The notes: generated by a model from the letters alone, not told the origin. A stretch of 64,000 nt of DNA from Eubacteriales bacterium (GCA_045634385.1 JAZRAE010000084.1:13425-77424); one strand, 5' to 3'. Counted from the first letter of the stretch, positions 8,503-17,552 are shown. A program made the numbers and translations.

Positions 8503-10214
8503 AAAGTTATGCCTCCTGTACCTACGTCTATATCTGAAAAGTACTCCACGTTTTCTCTTGCATATGGGTAGTGTGCTCTTTCTTGGCATTGCCAGTAGCG
8601 GAGCAGAGTAGCGGGGCTTCCCGGATCTCCGAGAGTGCCCGCCTTCAAATTTTCGAGATTTCTTTGCCAAAGCGATTCTCTTTGATATTCGTTTCCGCCA
8701 TTAAGATCTACCGAGAATAGATAAGCATCATCATAGAAGTGGCAATCCCTTCTTGGATCGTATTCTATAAAGTCATATCTTGAAAATTCCGTTTCATGTA
8801 TTCTGCCGTATGCATCCTTGTATGAGAGGGTTCTTGGCTCATCTGCAAAGGCAAGATAGAGCGAAAAGATGATCTTATCTATTCTTGCGTAAACGGTATG
8901 CTTCATCTTTTTCTTTGATAAGAGTCTTCCGGATGCTTGATTGATTCTCAGTTGCTTTGCATAACCTGATTCGGCATATACTCCTGTGTCAACACCCTGA
9001 AATGCATCGGATATACCAATAACTCTTTTGGCGTGGTCGTAAAGTCTTTCTGCCTCGGCAATATCTTGAGATATGTCGGGGGTCGTGTCAACTTTTCCAT
9101 ACTGCGCGGTGCTTTCTCCCGGCTTCATTTTGATAACCTGGCCAAAGACTGAGTTGTTCAAGGATATGCTCGCGTCCTCAGGTACTATGGGAGTAATACC
9201 TGCACGAAGAAGTTTTTTCAGTATCCTTGATTCCACCTTGTTTATCGCTTGCTGTTCGGGCCTTATGTAGTCGCAGTCAGACTGTCCGAACAACTGCTTT
9301 TCTGCCGAAGTATTCTTTCTGATAGCTATAGGAAAGAGCTTTGGAACATAGTAGGGAATATTGACAACTCGCATTTCGTTTTGGCTATGGATGATTTGCT
9401 CACTTTCAACCTCTGTCATTACGATCTTTTTATTTTTGCAACGGCAGACTTCCTCATCCTCGCCGCATAAGGTGCAGACCTTTTTCTTTCTTCTGTAGTA
9501 TTTTGGAAGGTCGGAAAGGGTAAGATCACCCGAGAAGATAAATCTGCCTATCTCCCCGTCTTCGTCGCGGTAGAAACAGGTTACTACCTTAACAGTATCC
9601 GATACGTCCGATCCGCCGTCGTACTCGTACTCAAAGTCGGCAAATGCTGTTTTTTCCTCGGATATGCCGTACGTTCTTGTTAGCTCGCTTCTTGTTGTAA
9701 CAAACTTTAAGAAACAGTACTCCATATCGTCGATATCGTATATATTAGGTTGAGGTACAAAGTCACAGGGTGAAAGACATTCAACCTTCACACCGCCGAT
9801 CTCACCCATATATTCGGACGTATTGTCCCAGTCAATATACCACACGCTGCCGCCATAGATGTAGGTGTACCTTTCGTCTATATCATTCATTTCGTCGAAA
9901 GGCAGACGCTTTCTTATCGATCTTAACAGCCTTTCTATCGATGTGGCATTCTTTCCTCGCTTCTCACTGTATGAGGTAGCATCCGTCTTTGGGGATGGGA
10001 TATCGGAGCTTACCTGACTTTCCACTATCTCGTAGGTGATGTTTCTGACTGTAATTGCCGCCTCGTCTGAGCCGTCGATCTCCGTCGAGCCTTTGTACTG
10101 TCGCATGGCTCGATCAAAGTCCTCAAGCTTCGAGGCGTAAGCGTTTTCGGCGCACGTATAAAGAGTTTTGAAGAACTCCAGCTTTAGCGCCTCGTTTTTG
10201 TTTTCAATTTTCAC
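8499..10214 (-). CDS. Portal protein (P22-like size)
   Basis: 571 aa directly after terL; motifs EIVESQV, FGQSDCDYIR.EQQAINK, IGISDAFQG, SGYAKQL. Confidence 0.8.
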   Translation of the reverse strand: MKIENKNEALKLEFFKTLYTCAENAYASKLEDFDRAMRQYKGSTEIDGSDEAAITVRNITYEIVESQVSSDIPSPKTDATSYSEKRGKNATSIERLLRSIRKRLPFDEMNDIDERYTYIYGGSVWYIDWDNTSEYMGEIGGVKVECLSPCDFVPQPNIYDIDDMEYCFLKFVTTRSELTRTYGISEEKTAFADFEYEYDGGSDVSDTVKVVTCFYRDEDGEIGRFIFSGDLTLSDLPKYYRRKKKVCTLCGEDEEVCRCKNKKIVMTEVESEQIIHSQNEMRVVNIPYYVPKLFPIAIRKNTSAEKQLFGQSDCDYIRPEQQAINKVESRILKKLLRAGITPIVPEDASISLNNSVFGQVIKMKPGESTAQYGKVDTTPDISQDIAEAERLYDHAKRVIGISDAFQGVDTGVYAESGYAKQLRINQASGRLLSKKKMKHTVYARIDKIIFSLYLAFADEPRTLSYKDAYGRIHETEFSRYDFIEYDPRRDCHFYDDAYLFSVDLNGGNEYQRESLWQRNLENLKAGTLGDPGSPATLLRYWQCQERAHYPYARENVEYFSDIDVGTGGITL

Positions 10215-11575
10215 TGCGGTTCTCCGTATTTTTGTTTGAGATATTTTTTGCCTCCCTCGTCTGCGGCGTCATAATCCTCCCACATATCCCTCGTCCACGT
10301 AGAACGTTTAGCTACAACCTTCTTTTCGTTGGGACGAGTGTGAAAAATGGCAAAGCCTCGCAGAGCATCGGGGGCGTGTGTGATTTCGTGGGGCTCGTTT
10401 GCGCAATCCGTAGGCCTGATTTTATCCACAGTAAGTGCGGGAAGGCACTTGATCAACTCGCTGCAGTTTTTGAAGATCTTAAGCCTTATCCCCGCGCCCG
10501 TGTCACATAAAAGCTCCTTTATTGCCAGCCATCCGCACTCTCTGTCGTTAGAAGTTTTGGTAAAGGTAACGCCAAATTCGTGGAATAGGCTTGCCTTTGT
10601 TTTGCCCGACTCCTGTGTTCTTGCGAATAGGTCGGGCGGAGCCAGCGTTGCGTATATATCTTCGCCTGTCGGAGTTCTGTCGGTTATTGCCTTTGCCGCG
10701 GTGCTTATCGGTAATCCCGATTCACAAAATTCGCGGTATACGTAAGAACGCTCATCTGGTGATACGGCTATCCATAATACTGCCAAACGGTCAAGACCGT
10801 AGTCGATAGTCCTGTATTTTCTCCATCCCGGCGGTATTTCAAAGGGCTCACACACGTGCTTTTCTGTTGAAAACTCGGTAAAATACTGTCCCTCAAAAAT
10901 GTTGCAATCTCTGTAGAGTAGGTCTTTTCTCTCCCATTCGGGCAGAGCCTCAAGACGCAGTTTGTAGTTTGGATCGCTATTTGTAAGAAATCCGTTGTCC
11001 CCGAGCAGAGAAGGGAGAAACACGCGCGTCATTTCTCCCTCGCCGACGAATGTTTCTCCGCTTGGGGATGGATCGATAAATCTTTTTTTAACCCAGGAAT
11101 GCCCCACGCCCCCGGGGTTAGTGGAGGATTTGATCTGTTTTGGAAAGGCGTTTGCACCTCTCACTCTCGAAATCAAATATACGTATTGCATTTCGGTGAA
11201 ATGCGTCAGCTCGTCAAATCTTATAAGATCATATTCCGCGCTTTGGTATTGATAAACGTCATTTTCGTTAGCACAGTATCCAAAGTCAATGCACGAGCCG
11301 TTCTTGAATCTGCCTGTATGACTTGATGAATTGAAGGAGTATATCTCTTTTGGATATAGACCGAGACTTGTGCGTATCAAGGATTTATCAAGCTCTGCAA
11401 AGGTACGCCTTAGGATCAGCTGCTTTGATCCGGGATATTTTAGTGCGAAAAGCAAAGCATCCACGATTTGTCCGTAGGATTTTCCGCCGCCGGCAGCCCC
11501 GCCGAACAGCACCTCGTTTTCTCTTGCATCTATGAATTTCTTTTGCTTTTTCGTTACCTTTAGATCAAGCCTCAT
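10211..11575 (-). CDS. terL: Terminase large subunit
   Basis: Walker A GGAAGGGKS, Walker B IRFDE, coupling motif STNPGG, nuclease motifs IDYG and HAPDALR. Confidence 0.93.
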   Translation of the reverse strand: MRLDLKVTKKQKKFIDARENEVLFGGAAGGGKSYGQIVDALLFALKYPGSKQLILRRTFAELDKSLIRTSLGLYPKEIYSFNSSSHTGRFKNGSCIDFGYCANENDVYQYQSAEYDLIRFDELTHFTEMQYVYLISRVRGANAFPKQIKSSTNPGGVGHSWVKKRFIDPSPSGETFVGEGEMTRVFLPSLLGDNGFLTNSDPNYKLRLEALPEWERKDLLYRDCNIFEGQYFTEFSTEKHVCEPFEIPPGWRKYRTIDYGLDRLAVLWIAVSPDERSYVYREFCESGLPISTAAKAITDRTPTGEDIYATLAPPDLFARTQESGKTKASLFHEFGVTFTKTSNDRECGWLAIKELLCDTGAGIRLKIFKNCSELIKCLPALTVDKIRPTDCANEPHEITHAPDALRGFAIFHTRPNEKKVVAKRSTWTRDMWEDYDAADEGGKKYLKQKYGEPQ

Positions 11576-11912
11576 CGCCTATCACCTCAAGTGTTACTTG
11601 TATTTCCTTGTCAGTATCTATGTCCTTGTCACCCATACCGAACTCCGAGGTTAAGATAAACTTTGTAAATGAAGAGTCAAACCGTTTTACCAGCCCATTG
11701 TCAATCAGATAATCTCTGCGGATTTCGCTGCACTCTTGGTAAGCCCTCTCAAATTCATTTTTTTCTCTAAACCCTTCGATGTCGGATAGCGTTGCCCCGA
11801 TACTTCTCGCAAATTTTGAGAAGCTTGGAGCTCCGGGTCCCTCATATCCGTGGAAAAATGTATATAGCCTCCTTGGAAGATCGCTTGTATATTTCGAATG
11901 ATTTTTCTTCAT
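11565..11912 (-). CDS. terS: Putative terminase small subunit
   Basis: 115 aa immediately upstream of and overlapping terL; HTH-like PSFSKFARSIG; ATG at 11912 with AGGAGG RBS. Confidence 0.7.
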   Translation of the reverse strand: MKKNHSKYTSDLPRRLYTFFHGYEGPGAPSFSKFARSIGATLSDIEGFREKNEFERAYQECSEIRRDYLIDNGLVKRFDSSFTKFILTSEFGMGDKDIDTDKEIQVTLEVIGDEA

Positions 11913-12063
11913 ATGTCTTATCCTCCTGCCAATGCGGTTTTGTCGCGGGAGCATTGAAAAATGTTCGCTTTGCTCCTATATCCTTTGGCTCTATAGCACC
12001 TCGGGATTTCTCAACGTTCATGACTCGTTGAGGCGTCATTTTCTCATCGGCAAGACCATTATA
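11913..12063 (-). promoter_or_regulatory. TATAAT box and structured 5' leader of the virion operon
   Basis: TATAAT at 12063-12058 with no good -35; stem TCTTGCCGATG/CATTGGCAGGA covers part of the RBS; several internal helices. Confidence 0.45.
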
Positions 12064-12144
12064 CCTCACCCCGTGTGAAAAGTAAGTAGAGTACCAATCC
12101 AAAAAAACAGTACGCTCAGTTTCTGACTTTTGTCAAAATAGCAC

Positions 12145-12170
12145 AAAAAAAGCCCCCTTTTTAGGGGGTC
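12145..12170 (-). terminator. Intrinsic terminator-like hairpin upstream of the virion operon
   Basis: CCCCCT-AAAA-AGGGGG then C and T7 on the minus strand. Confidence 0.55.
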
Positions 12171-12223
12171 GAAAAACGGTAAGGTTATTATGCGCTGTTT
12201 TTGTAGTTCTTGTTGTGTTGTGC

Positions 12224-12268
12224 AAAAGGGAAAAGAGTAAGAACGAGTGTTGCCCATTCTTACTCTTT
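12224..12268 (-). terminator. Intrinsic terminator of the ABC-F gene
   Basis: 12-bp stem AAAGAGTAAGAA/TTCTTACTCTTT with a T-rich tail on the minus strand. Confidence 0.7.
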
Positions 12269-12288
12269 GGCGTGTGTTTTTTAAAGAG

Positions 12289-14220
12289 TTACATAACTAA
12301 TTCGTAAAGCTCAAGAAGTTCTTCTTCGATCTTTACCTTTTCTTCTTCTATCTCAGCGGCTCTTACGTAGTTGGATGCCGCGTCGCCAAACAGCTCTTCT
12401 TCAAGCTCCAAAAGCTTGCCTTCAAGCTCGGGGATTCGTTGCTTCGCTTTTTCCACTCTTTTCTCTTCCGAGCGGCGCTTGGCGTTTTCGCGCTTTCTTT
12501 CCTCATAATCTGCCTTTGAGTCAGAGGTTTTTATTACGGCGCTTGTTGCTGCATTTCTTTCCTTTATTATCTGACGCATACGCATATATTCGGAGAATGC
12601 ATCATCGTAGCTCTCAAGCTCATAGTCGCGCATCCCCTTGTCACTTGTCGGATCAAGCTCTATGATTCTCGTTGCTACCTTATTAATAAAGTATCTGTCG
12701 TGAGACACCGCGATAATCGTGCCGGGGAAGGCTATGAGCGAACTTTCGAGCGCCTCGCACGATCCTATGTCAAGATGGTTGGTTGGCTCGTCCATTATCA
12801 AGAGGTTAACCTTCTTTAAGATAAGCTTTGCCAAAGTGAGTCTTGCTCTTTCTCCACCCGATAGTGTAGATATTTTTTTATCAATATCGTCTGCGCCAAA
12901 GAGGAACAGAGCAAGGGTGCTGCGAAGCTCGAGATCTTTTTTCTCGGGGTATTCGTCGTGCATTTCCTCAAATACGGTCTTTGAGTCGTCAAGACCTCTG
13001 TTCTCCTGATCGTAGTAGCCTATCTTTATATTATATCCGAGTGTGATGCGTCCCTCTTTGGGTACAAGCATCGAGTTCATCAGCTTCATAAGAGTGGATT
13101 TGCCCGAGCCGTTAGGACCGAGGAACATCACTCTCTCATCCTTTCTTATAAGGAAGGAAAGATTCCTGATAAGCGGCTTTGTTCCGTAGTCGAAGGTCAG
13201 CTCCTTGACTTCCATTACGTCGCCTGCGCTCTCCTCCTCTGCGGTAAATCTTACACGGATATCCTTTGGAGCCTTTGGTGCAAGCTCTACAAGCTCCATT
13301 CTTGCGAGTTGTTTTTCCTTGGAGCGTATCGTCACGAAATTGTGCTCGCGGTTACATCTGCGCTGAAATTCTATATTTGCCTTAATTCTGGCAATTTCCT
13401 TTTGCTGCTCTTTGTATCTCTTTTCGAGTGAAGCCGCCTCTGCCTCTTGCTGATCCTTACACTGCGAGTATGAGCCGTGGAAGAGTCTTGCCTTTGTATA
13501 TTGTATATGAAGCGTTTTATTTGTCGTGCGGTCGAGAAAGTATCTGTCGTGCGAGATTATCAGCACCGTCTTTTTGTAGGATGCTATATATCCCTCAAGC
13601 CATTCGAGCGCATCGATATCAAGGTGGTTTGTCGGCTCATCGAGCATAAGGATATCAGGCTCGGTTGCAAGCAGACGCGCAAGTGCCAATCGTGTATACT
13701 GTCCGCCCGAGAGGGTGCGGATTCTTTGGTTGATTAGTCCTTCTTCGAAGCCGAGTCGCATCAGCATTCCGCGACAACGCGAGCGAAATTCAAGTCCGCC
13801 ATCCTCGGAGAATTTTCTGCTCTGCTCGTTGAGCCTGTTTGTCAACTCCGCGACCATATCGTGATCACCCTTGTTTGCCGCTTGTGCAAGTAGGGTTTCG
13901 GTTCTCGTTATAGCCGATTCAAGCTCAAGAAGCTCGGGGAACGCCGTATACATATATTCAAGGCAGGTCACCTCGCCCGGCAGGGCGGTAAGGTCGGGGT
14001 TTTGTTCAAGCATACCGACCGTGTGTCCTTTTTGAATGTATACCGCTCCCGAGTCAGGATCGTTTACTCCTGCTATAATACGGAACAAAGACGTCTTACC
14101 CGCTCCGTTTACACCGATAATGCCGACTCTGTCACCGTCGTTCACCGCGAAGGATATATCTTTTAGAATTACGTCCGTGCCAAAGGCGAGCGAAATACTC
14201 TCTGTTGAAAGTGCAATCAT
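12289..14220 (-). CDS. ABC-F family ATPase (ribosome-associated, YdiF/Uup-like)
   Basis: Two ABC domains (GVNGAGKT, LSGGQ, DEPTNHLD; GPNGSGKS, LSGGE), no TM segments, C-terminal coiled coil. Confidence 0.92.
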   Translation of the reverse strand: MIALSTESISLAFGTDVILKDISFAVNDGDRVGIIGVNGAGKTSLFRIIAGVNDPDSGAVYIQKGHTVGMLEQNPDLTALPGEVTCLEYMYTAFPELLELESAITRTETLLAQAANKGDHDMVAELTNRLNEQSRKFSEDGGLEFRSRCRGMLMRLGFEEGLINQRIRTLSGGQYTRLALARLLATEPDILMLDEPTNHLDIDALEWLEGYIASYKKTVLIISHDRYFLDRTTNKTLHIQYTKARLFHGSYSQCKDQQEAEAASLEKRYKEQQKEIARIKANIEFQRRCNREHNFVTIRSKEKQLARMELVELAPKAPKDIRVRFTAEEESAGDVMEVKELTFDYGTKPLIRNLSFLIRKDERVMFLGPNGSGKSTLMKLMNSMLVPKEGRITLGYNIKIGYYDQENRGLDDSKTVFEEMHDEYPEKKDLELRSTLALFLFGADDIDKKISTLSGGERARLTLAKLILKKVNLLIMDEPTNHLDIGSCEALESSLIAFPGTIIAVSHDRYFINKVATRIIELDPTSDKGMRDYELESYDDAFSEYMRMRQIIKERNAATSAVIKTSDSKADYEERKRENAKRRSEEKRVEKAKQRIPELEGKLLELEEELFGDAASNYVRAAEIEEEKVKIEEELLELYELVM

Positions 14221-14293
14221 TATATCTCCTTAACGCGCATAGCGCACTCGTGAAAATAAACAAGATATTTTCCATTTATAAAATCTTTCTACA

Positions 14294-14322
14294 ATTGTAC
14301 CATTTTTCATGTATTCTGTCAA
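14294..14322 (-). promoter_or_regulatory. Sigma-A promoter of the ABC-F gene
   Basis: TTGACA-17 bp-TACAAT with an extended -10 TG. Confidence 0.75.
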
Positions 14323-14377
14323 TAGTTCGTGTTACACGATATGGCAAAAAGTACAGAACTGAATATATTCAGTATAG

Positions 14378-14562
14378 ATTGCATAAATATTCATTTTTGG
14401 TCGAATAAATTCGTTTTTCTCGAAAAATATTTTCGCGTATGCACAAAAAATAAAAGCTTTAAAATCCCAAAAATATCTATAGGTTTGTTTAATCTGCACA
14501 AATTTCAATTAATTTAAAACCGATATGAATAAAAATGCAACAAAAATGAATTATTTTTCAAA
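14378..14562. promoter_or_regulatory. ArgR/AhrC ARG boxes
   Basis: ATTGCATAAATATTCATT (14378-14395); tandem TATGAATAAAAATGCAAC and AATGAATTATTTTTCAAA (14524-14562) 3 bp apart. Confidence 0.7.
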
Positions 14563-14568
14563 AAAGTG

Positions 14569-14597
14569 TTGACTTTATGCATTGATGGGTGTATAAT
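14569..14597 (+). promoter_or_regulatory. Sigma-A promoter of the amino-acid ABC operon
   Basis: TTGACT-17 bp-TATAAT. Confidence 0.8.
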
Positions 14598-14659
14598 AGT
14601 CACGTTCCAAAAAGCAAGGGATTGAAAAATCCCGAAGAAAAAGAAAGAAGGAAAATGAA

Positions 14660-15544
14660 ATGAAAAAGATTATATCGCTTATTTTAGCTATGACTATGCT
14701 CCTTGGAGCAATGTTCGTTATGACGTCTTGCGACCTCTTCGGCGGCAATGACGAAGACCAGAAAATTTATGTACAGACCAATGCGTACTTCGCTCCCTTT
14801 GAATACTATGATGGCACAGAGATCGTAGGTGTTGACGTTGAGATCATGGAAATGGTTGGCGATAAGATGAACAAGAAGATCGTATGGCAGGACGGCGACT
14901 TCGGTATCATCATCGATACTGTTAAGGCAGGTGAGCTTGCAGATTGCGGCGCGGCAGGTCTTACTATTACTGATGAAAGAAAAGAAAAGGTTGATTTCTC
15001 CAACCCCTATTACACCTCTATTCAGTATGTTATTCTTCCTGCAGACTCTGACGTAGCAACCAAGACCGCTGACGGTGTTGAGTACATCGTTTGGGAGGCT
15101 CTCGCAGGTAAGACAATCGCTACACAGACCGATACAACCGGTTGGATCTATACTGATGGTGAAATTAACGCTACTGCAGACAACGATTACGGTTATGACG
15201 GCGTTCTTTACGGCACCGACACCAAGCACGAAGCTATGGATTCCGCTAACGTTGCAGCTGATGCGCTCGGCACTACCATTGATGCCATCATCGTTGATGA
15301 GCTTCCCGCAAAGTATATCGTAGCTAACAGCACAAAGGGCTTCACTTGCTATCCTCTCTACTACTCAGGTGCAGAGGGCGAGGCTGATTCTCCTGTTGAA
15401 GAGCAGTATGCTATCGCAGTAACAAAGGGTAACGACGAGCTTCTTGATGCTATCAACGCAGTTCTTGCAGAGCTTCTCATTAAAGGTGAGGACGGCAAGA
15501 CCGAGATCGAGAAGATGGTTATGGAACACATGGGAATGAACTGA
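14660..15544 (+). CDS. Polar amino-acid ABC transporter substrate-binding lipoprotein
   Basis: Lipobox MTSC; SBP family 3 motifs FAPFEY, GVDVEI, ITDERKEKVDFSNPYY. Confidence 0.9.
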   Translation: MKKIISLILAMTMLLGAMFVMTSCDLFGGNDEDQKIYVQTNAYFAPFEYYDGTEIVGVDVEIMEMVGDKMNKKIVWQDGDFGIIIDTVKAGELADCGAAGLTITDERKEKVDFSNPYYTSIQYVILPADSDVATKTADGVEYIVWEALAGKTIATQTDTTGWIYTDGEINATADNDYGYDGVLYGTDTKHEAMDSANVAADALGTTIDAIIVDELPAKYIVANSTKGFTCYPLYYSGAEGEADSPVEEQYAIAVTKGNDELLDAINAVLAELLIKGEDGKTEIEKMVMEHMGMN

Positions 15545-15619
15545 TAAATAAATGAGAGAGAAAAAGAACCGCATCTACACGATGCAGTTCTTTTTCCACG
15601 TTTTGGAGAAAAGAAAAAT

Positions 15620-16312
15620 ATGGATTTTATTAAGAATGTTGGTGTTCTCTTAAGTAATGAAAAGTATATGGGAATGCTTTTTGAGGGACTTGGCAAGACT
15701 GTACTTGTTTCTGTATTTGCTGCTTTGCTCGGCCTTTTGCTTGGTACTGCGGTGGCTATGATCGGTATAGCAAGTGACAGTCCTTTAATGAAGATTCCCA
15801 AAATTTTATGTAAGATTTATGTCACCGTAATCAGAGGAACTCCGATGGCACTTCAGCTTTTTATAATGGCGTATACAGTGTTTGCAATCAGAGGATTTCC
15901 TAAGGAGATTACAGCTATTATAGCCTTTGGAATCAACTCGGGAGCGTATGTTTCCGAGAATATCAGAGCCGGTATTCTTTCTGTCGATATAGGACAAACC
16001 GAGGCAGGCCGTGCGCTTGGCCTTAATGGTAGAGTAACCATGATGAAGATTGTTATCCCACAGGCAATTAAAAATGTTATTCCGGCTATCGGCAATGAGT
16101 TGATAGCGTTGATTAAAGAAACGTCTATTGTAAGTATGATCGGCATGTACGATCTTACCCAGGCTGCAAAAGTTATTGGTGCAGGTAACAATATGGCAAG
16201 TTATATTGTTCCTATGAGTGTGGCAGCTTGTTTCTACCTTGCGATAGTTTATACTCTCACATTTGCAATAAAAAAGATCGAAGGAAGGTTGAGAGCCGGT
16301 GATAAGCGTTAA
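15620..16312 (+). CDS. Polar amino-acid ABC transporter permease
   Basis: IRGTPMALQ; EAA motif [11 protein letters not shown]; KETSIVS. Confidence 0.92.
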   Translation: MDFIKNVGVLLSNEKYMGMLFEGLGKTVLVSVFAALLGLLLGTAVAMIGIASDSPLMKIPKILCKIYVTVIRGTPMALQLFIMAYTVFAIRGFPKEITAIIAFGINSGAYVSENIRAGILSVDIGQTEAGRALGLNGRVTMMKIVIPQAIKNVIPAIGNELIALIKETSIVSMIGMYDLTQAAKVIGAGNNMASYIVPMSVAACFYLAIVYTLTFAIKKIEGRLRAGDKR

Positions 16313-17207
16313 GAATATAATTAAGATATTTGAGGATGGTGTATCAGTACTCAATGGTATTGATTGCGAAATTAAAGATGGCGAGGTCGTTGCAATAATC
16401 GGTCCTTCCGGCAGTGGAAAGTCTACCTTTTTACGTTGTATGAATCTCCTCTCCGTACCCACTTACGGTGAAGTATGGCTTGATGATAAGATGCTTACTC
16501 CTGTAGATCCCTATCTTCATCGCGAAGTAATTGAGGCATCTAATACGTATAAAAAGCTTGTATCAGGCGGAATGGACGGCGATGAAGCTATTAAAAAAAT
16601 AAAGGCAGAGGATTTACTTAAAGAAAAGTTTGCCACAGCGGAGGGCAAGGAATACAAATTAAAGATGAAGGAGATTTTTAATAACAACCATATTGATATA
16701 AATGAAGCAAGACAAAATATGGGCATGGTATTCCAACACTTTAATCTCTTTAATAATCTTACGGTAATGGAAAACCTCACTCTTGCTCCTGTGGAGCTTA
16801 AGATAAAGAGTAAGCCGGAAGCTGAAAAAAGAGCAATGGAGCTTTTAAAACGTATTGGTCTTGAAGAAAAGGCTAACGTTTACCCCTCGACTTTATCCGG
16901 TGGTCAGAAGCAGAGAATAGCAATAGTTCGCGCTCTTGCGATGGATCCCAAGGTTATGCTCTTTGACGAGCCTACCTCGGCACTTGACCCTGAGATGGTA
17001 GGTGAGGTACTTGATCTTATGAAGCAGCTTGCCAACGAAGGTATGACGATGGTTATCGTTACACATGAGATGGGATTTGCACGTGAGGTTGCAGACCGAG
17101 TTCTCTTTGTAGATGAAGGAAAGATCAAGGAAGAGGGTACACCCGCAGAGGTGTTTGAAAATCCCAAGAATCCAAGACTTAAGGAGTTCCTTTCCAAGGT
17201 TCTTTAA
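16299..17207 (+). CDS. Polar amino-acid ABC ATPase (GlnQ-like) with an insertion of about 60 aa
   Basis: [44 protein letters not shown]. Confidence 0.92.
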   Translation: MISVKNIIKIFEDGVSVLNGIDCEIKDGEVVAIIGPSGSGKSTFLRCMNLLSVPTYGEVWLDDKMLTPVDPYLHREVIEASNTYKKLVSGGMDGDEAIKKIKAEDLLKEKFATAEGKEYKLKMKEIFNNNHIDINEARQNMGMVFQHFNLFNNLTVMENLTLAPVELKIKSKPEAEKRAMELLKRIGLEEKANVYPSTLSGGQKQRIAIVRALAMDPKVMLFDEPTSALDPEMVGEVLDLMKQLANEGMTMVIVTHEMGFAREVADRVLFVDEGKIKEEGTPAEVFENPKNPRLKEFLSKVL

Positions 17208-17210
17208 GTA

Positions 17211-17258
17211 AAAAAATGACACGGTTAACCACTAAAGCTGGGTACCGTGTCATTTTTT
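17211..17258. terminator. Bidirectional terminator (copy 1)
   Basis: AAAAAATGACACGGT...ACCGTGTCATTTTTT between convergent genes. Confidence 0.8.
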
Positions 17259-17261
17259 GCT

Positions 17262-17552
17262 TTATTTGTTCTTGCTTCTTAATGCTTCAACTGTGGCTAA
17301 CAGAAGCTTGATATCATCATCCGAGAGATCGGATACGTCTATAGTTTTGTTTCTTTCTACACCCAAGAGATAATCTGTACTTACACGAAAGATGAGTGCC
17401 AGGTCCTTTAATACATCAGGCGAGGGGATGCGTTCGCTTAATTCATAGTATGAAACTACGGATTTGGTTATACCAAGCTTATCGGCTAATTGCCGTTGTG
17501 TCATACCCGATTGTTTTCGTAACTCTTTAAGCTTTTTGCCAAAATCAACCAT
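17262..17552 (-). CDS. XRE-family HTH transcriptional regulator
   Basis: LKELRKQSGMTQRQLADKLGITKSVVSYYE...VSTDYLLG. Confidence 0.9.
   Translation of the reverse strand: MVDFGKKLKELRKQSGMTQRQLADKLGITKSVVSYYELSERIPSPDVLKDLALIFRVSTDYLLGVERNKTIDVSDLSDDDIKLLLATVEALRSKNK

Larger units (their letters stand above)
14..11912 (-). mobile_element. Phage-derived virion morphogenesis cluster (podovirus-like head, packaging and short tail); GTA-like or prophage remnant; continues past the left edge
   Basis: 14 co-oriented ORFs, many with overlapping start/stop codons, in the order terS-terL-portal-...-scaffold-capsid-adaptor-nozzle. No integrase or replication gene in the window. Confidence 0.85.

Noticed and set aside
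8503-8670. Arg-rich N-terminal extension of the 291-aa ORF
   Set aside because: Overlaps the portal gene in another frame; the start with an RBS and ATGA coupling is at 8502.
14-11912. Complete inducible prophage
   Set aside because: No integrase, repressor, replication genes, lysin or att site in the window. Not supported here, although the unseen left flank could change this.
11842-12102. 86-aa ORF upstream of terS
   Set aside because: No RBS, overlaps terS out of frame, and runs across the promoter and leader; probably spurious.
12121-12230. Spo0A boxes or a sporulation sigma promoter for the virion operon
   Set aside because: Only 6/7 matches to TGNCGAA, and a CATAATA without a correctly spaced -35; indistinguishable from chance.
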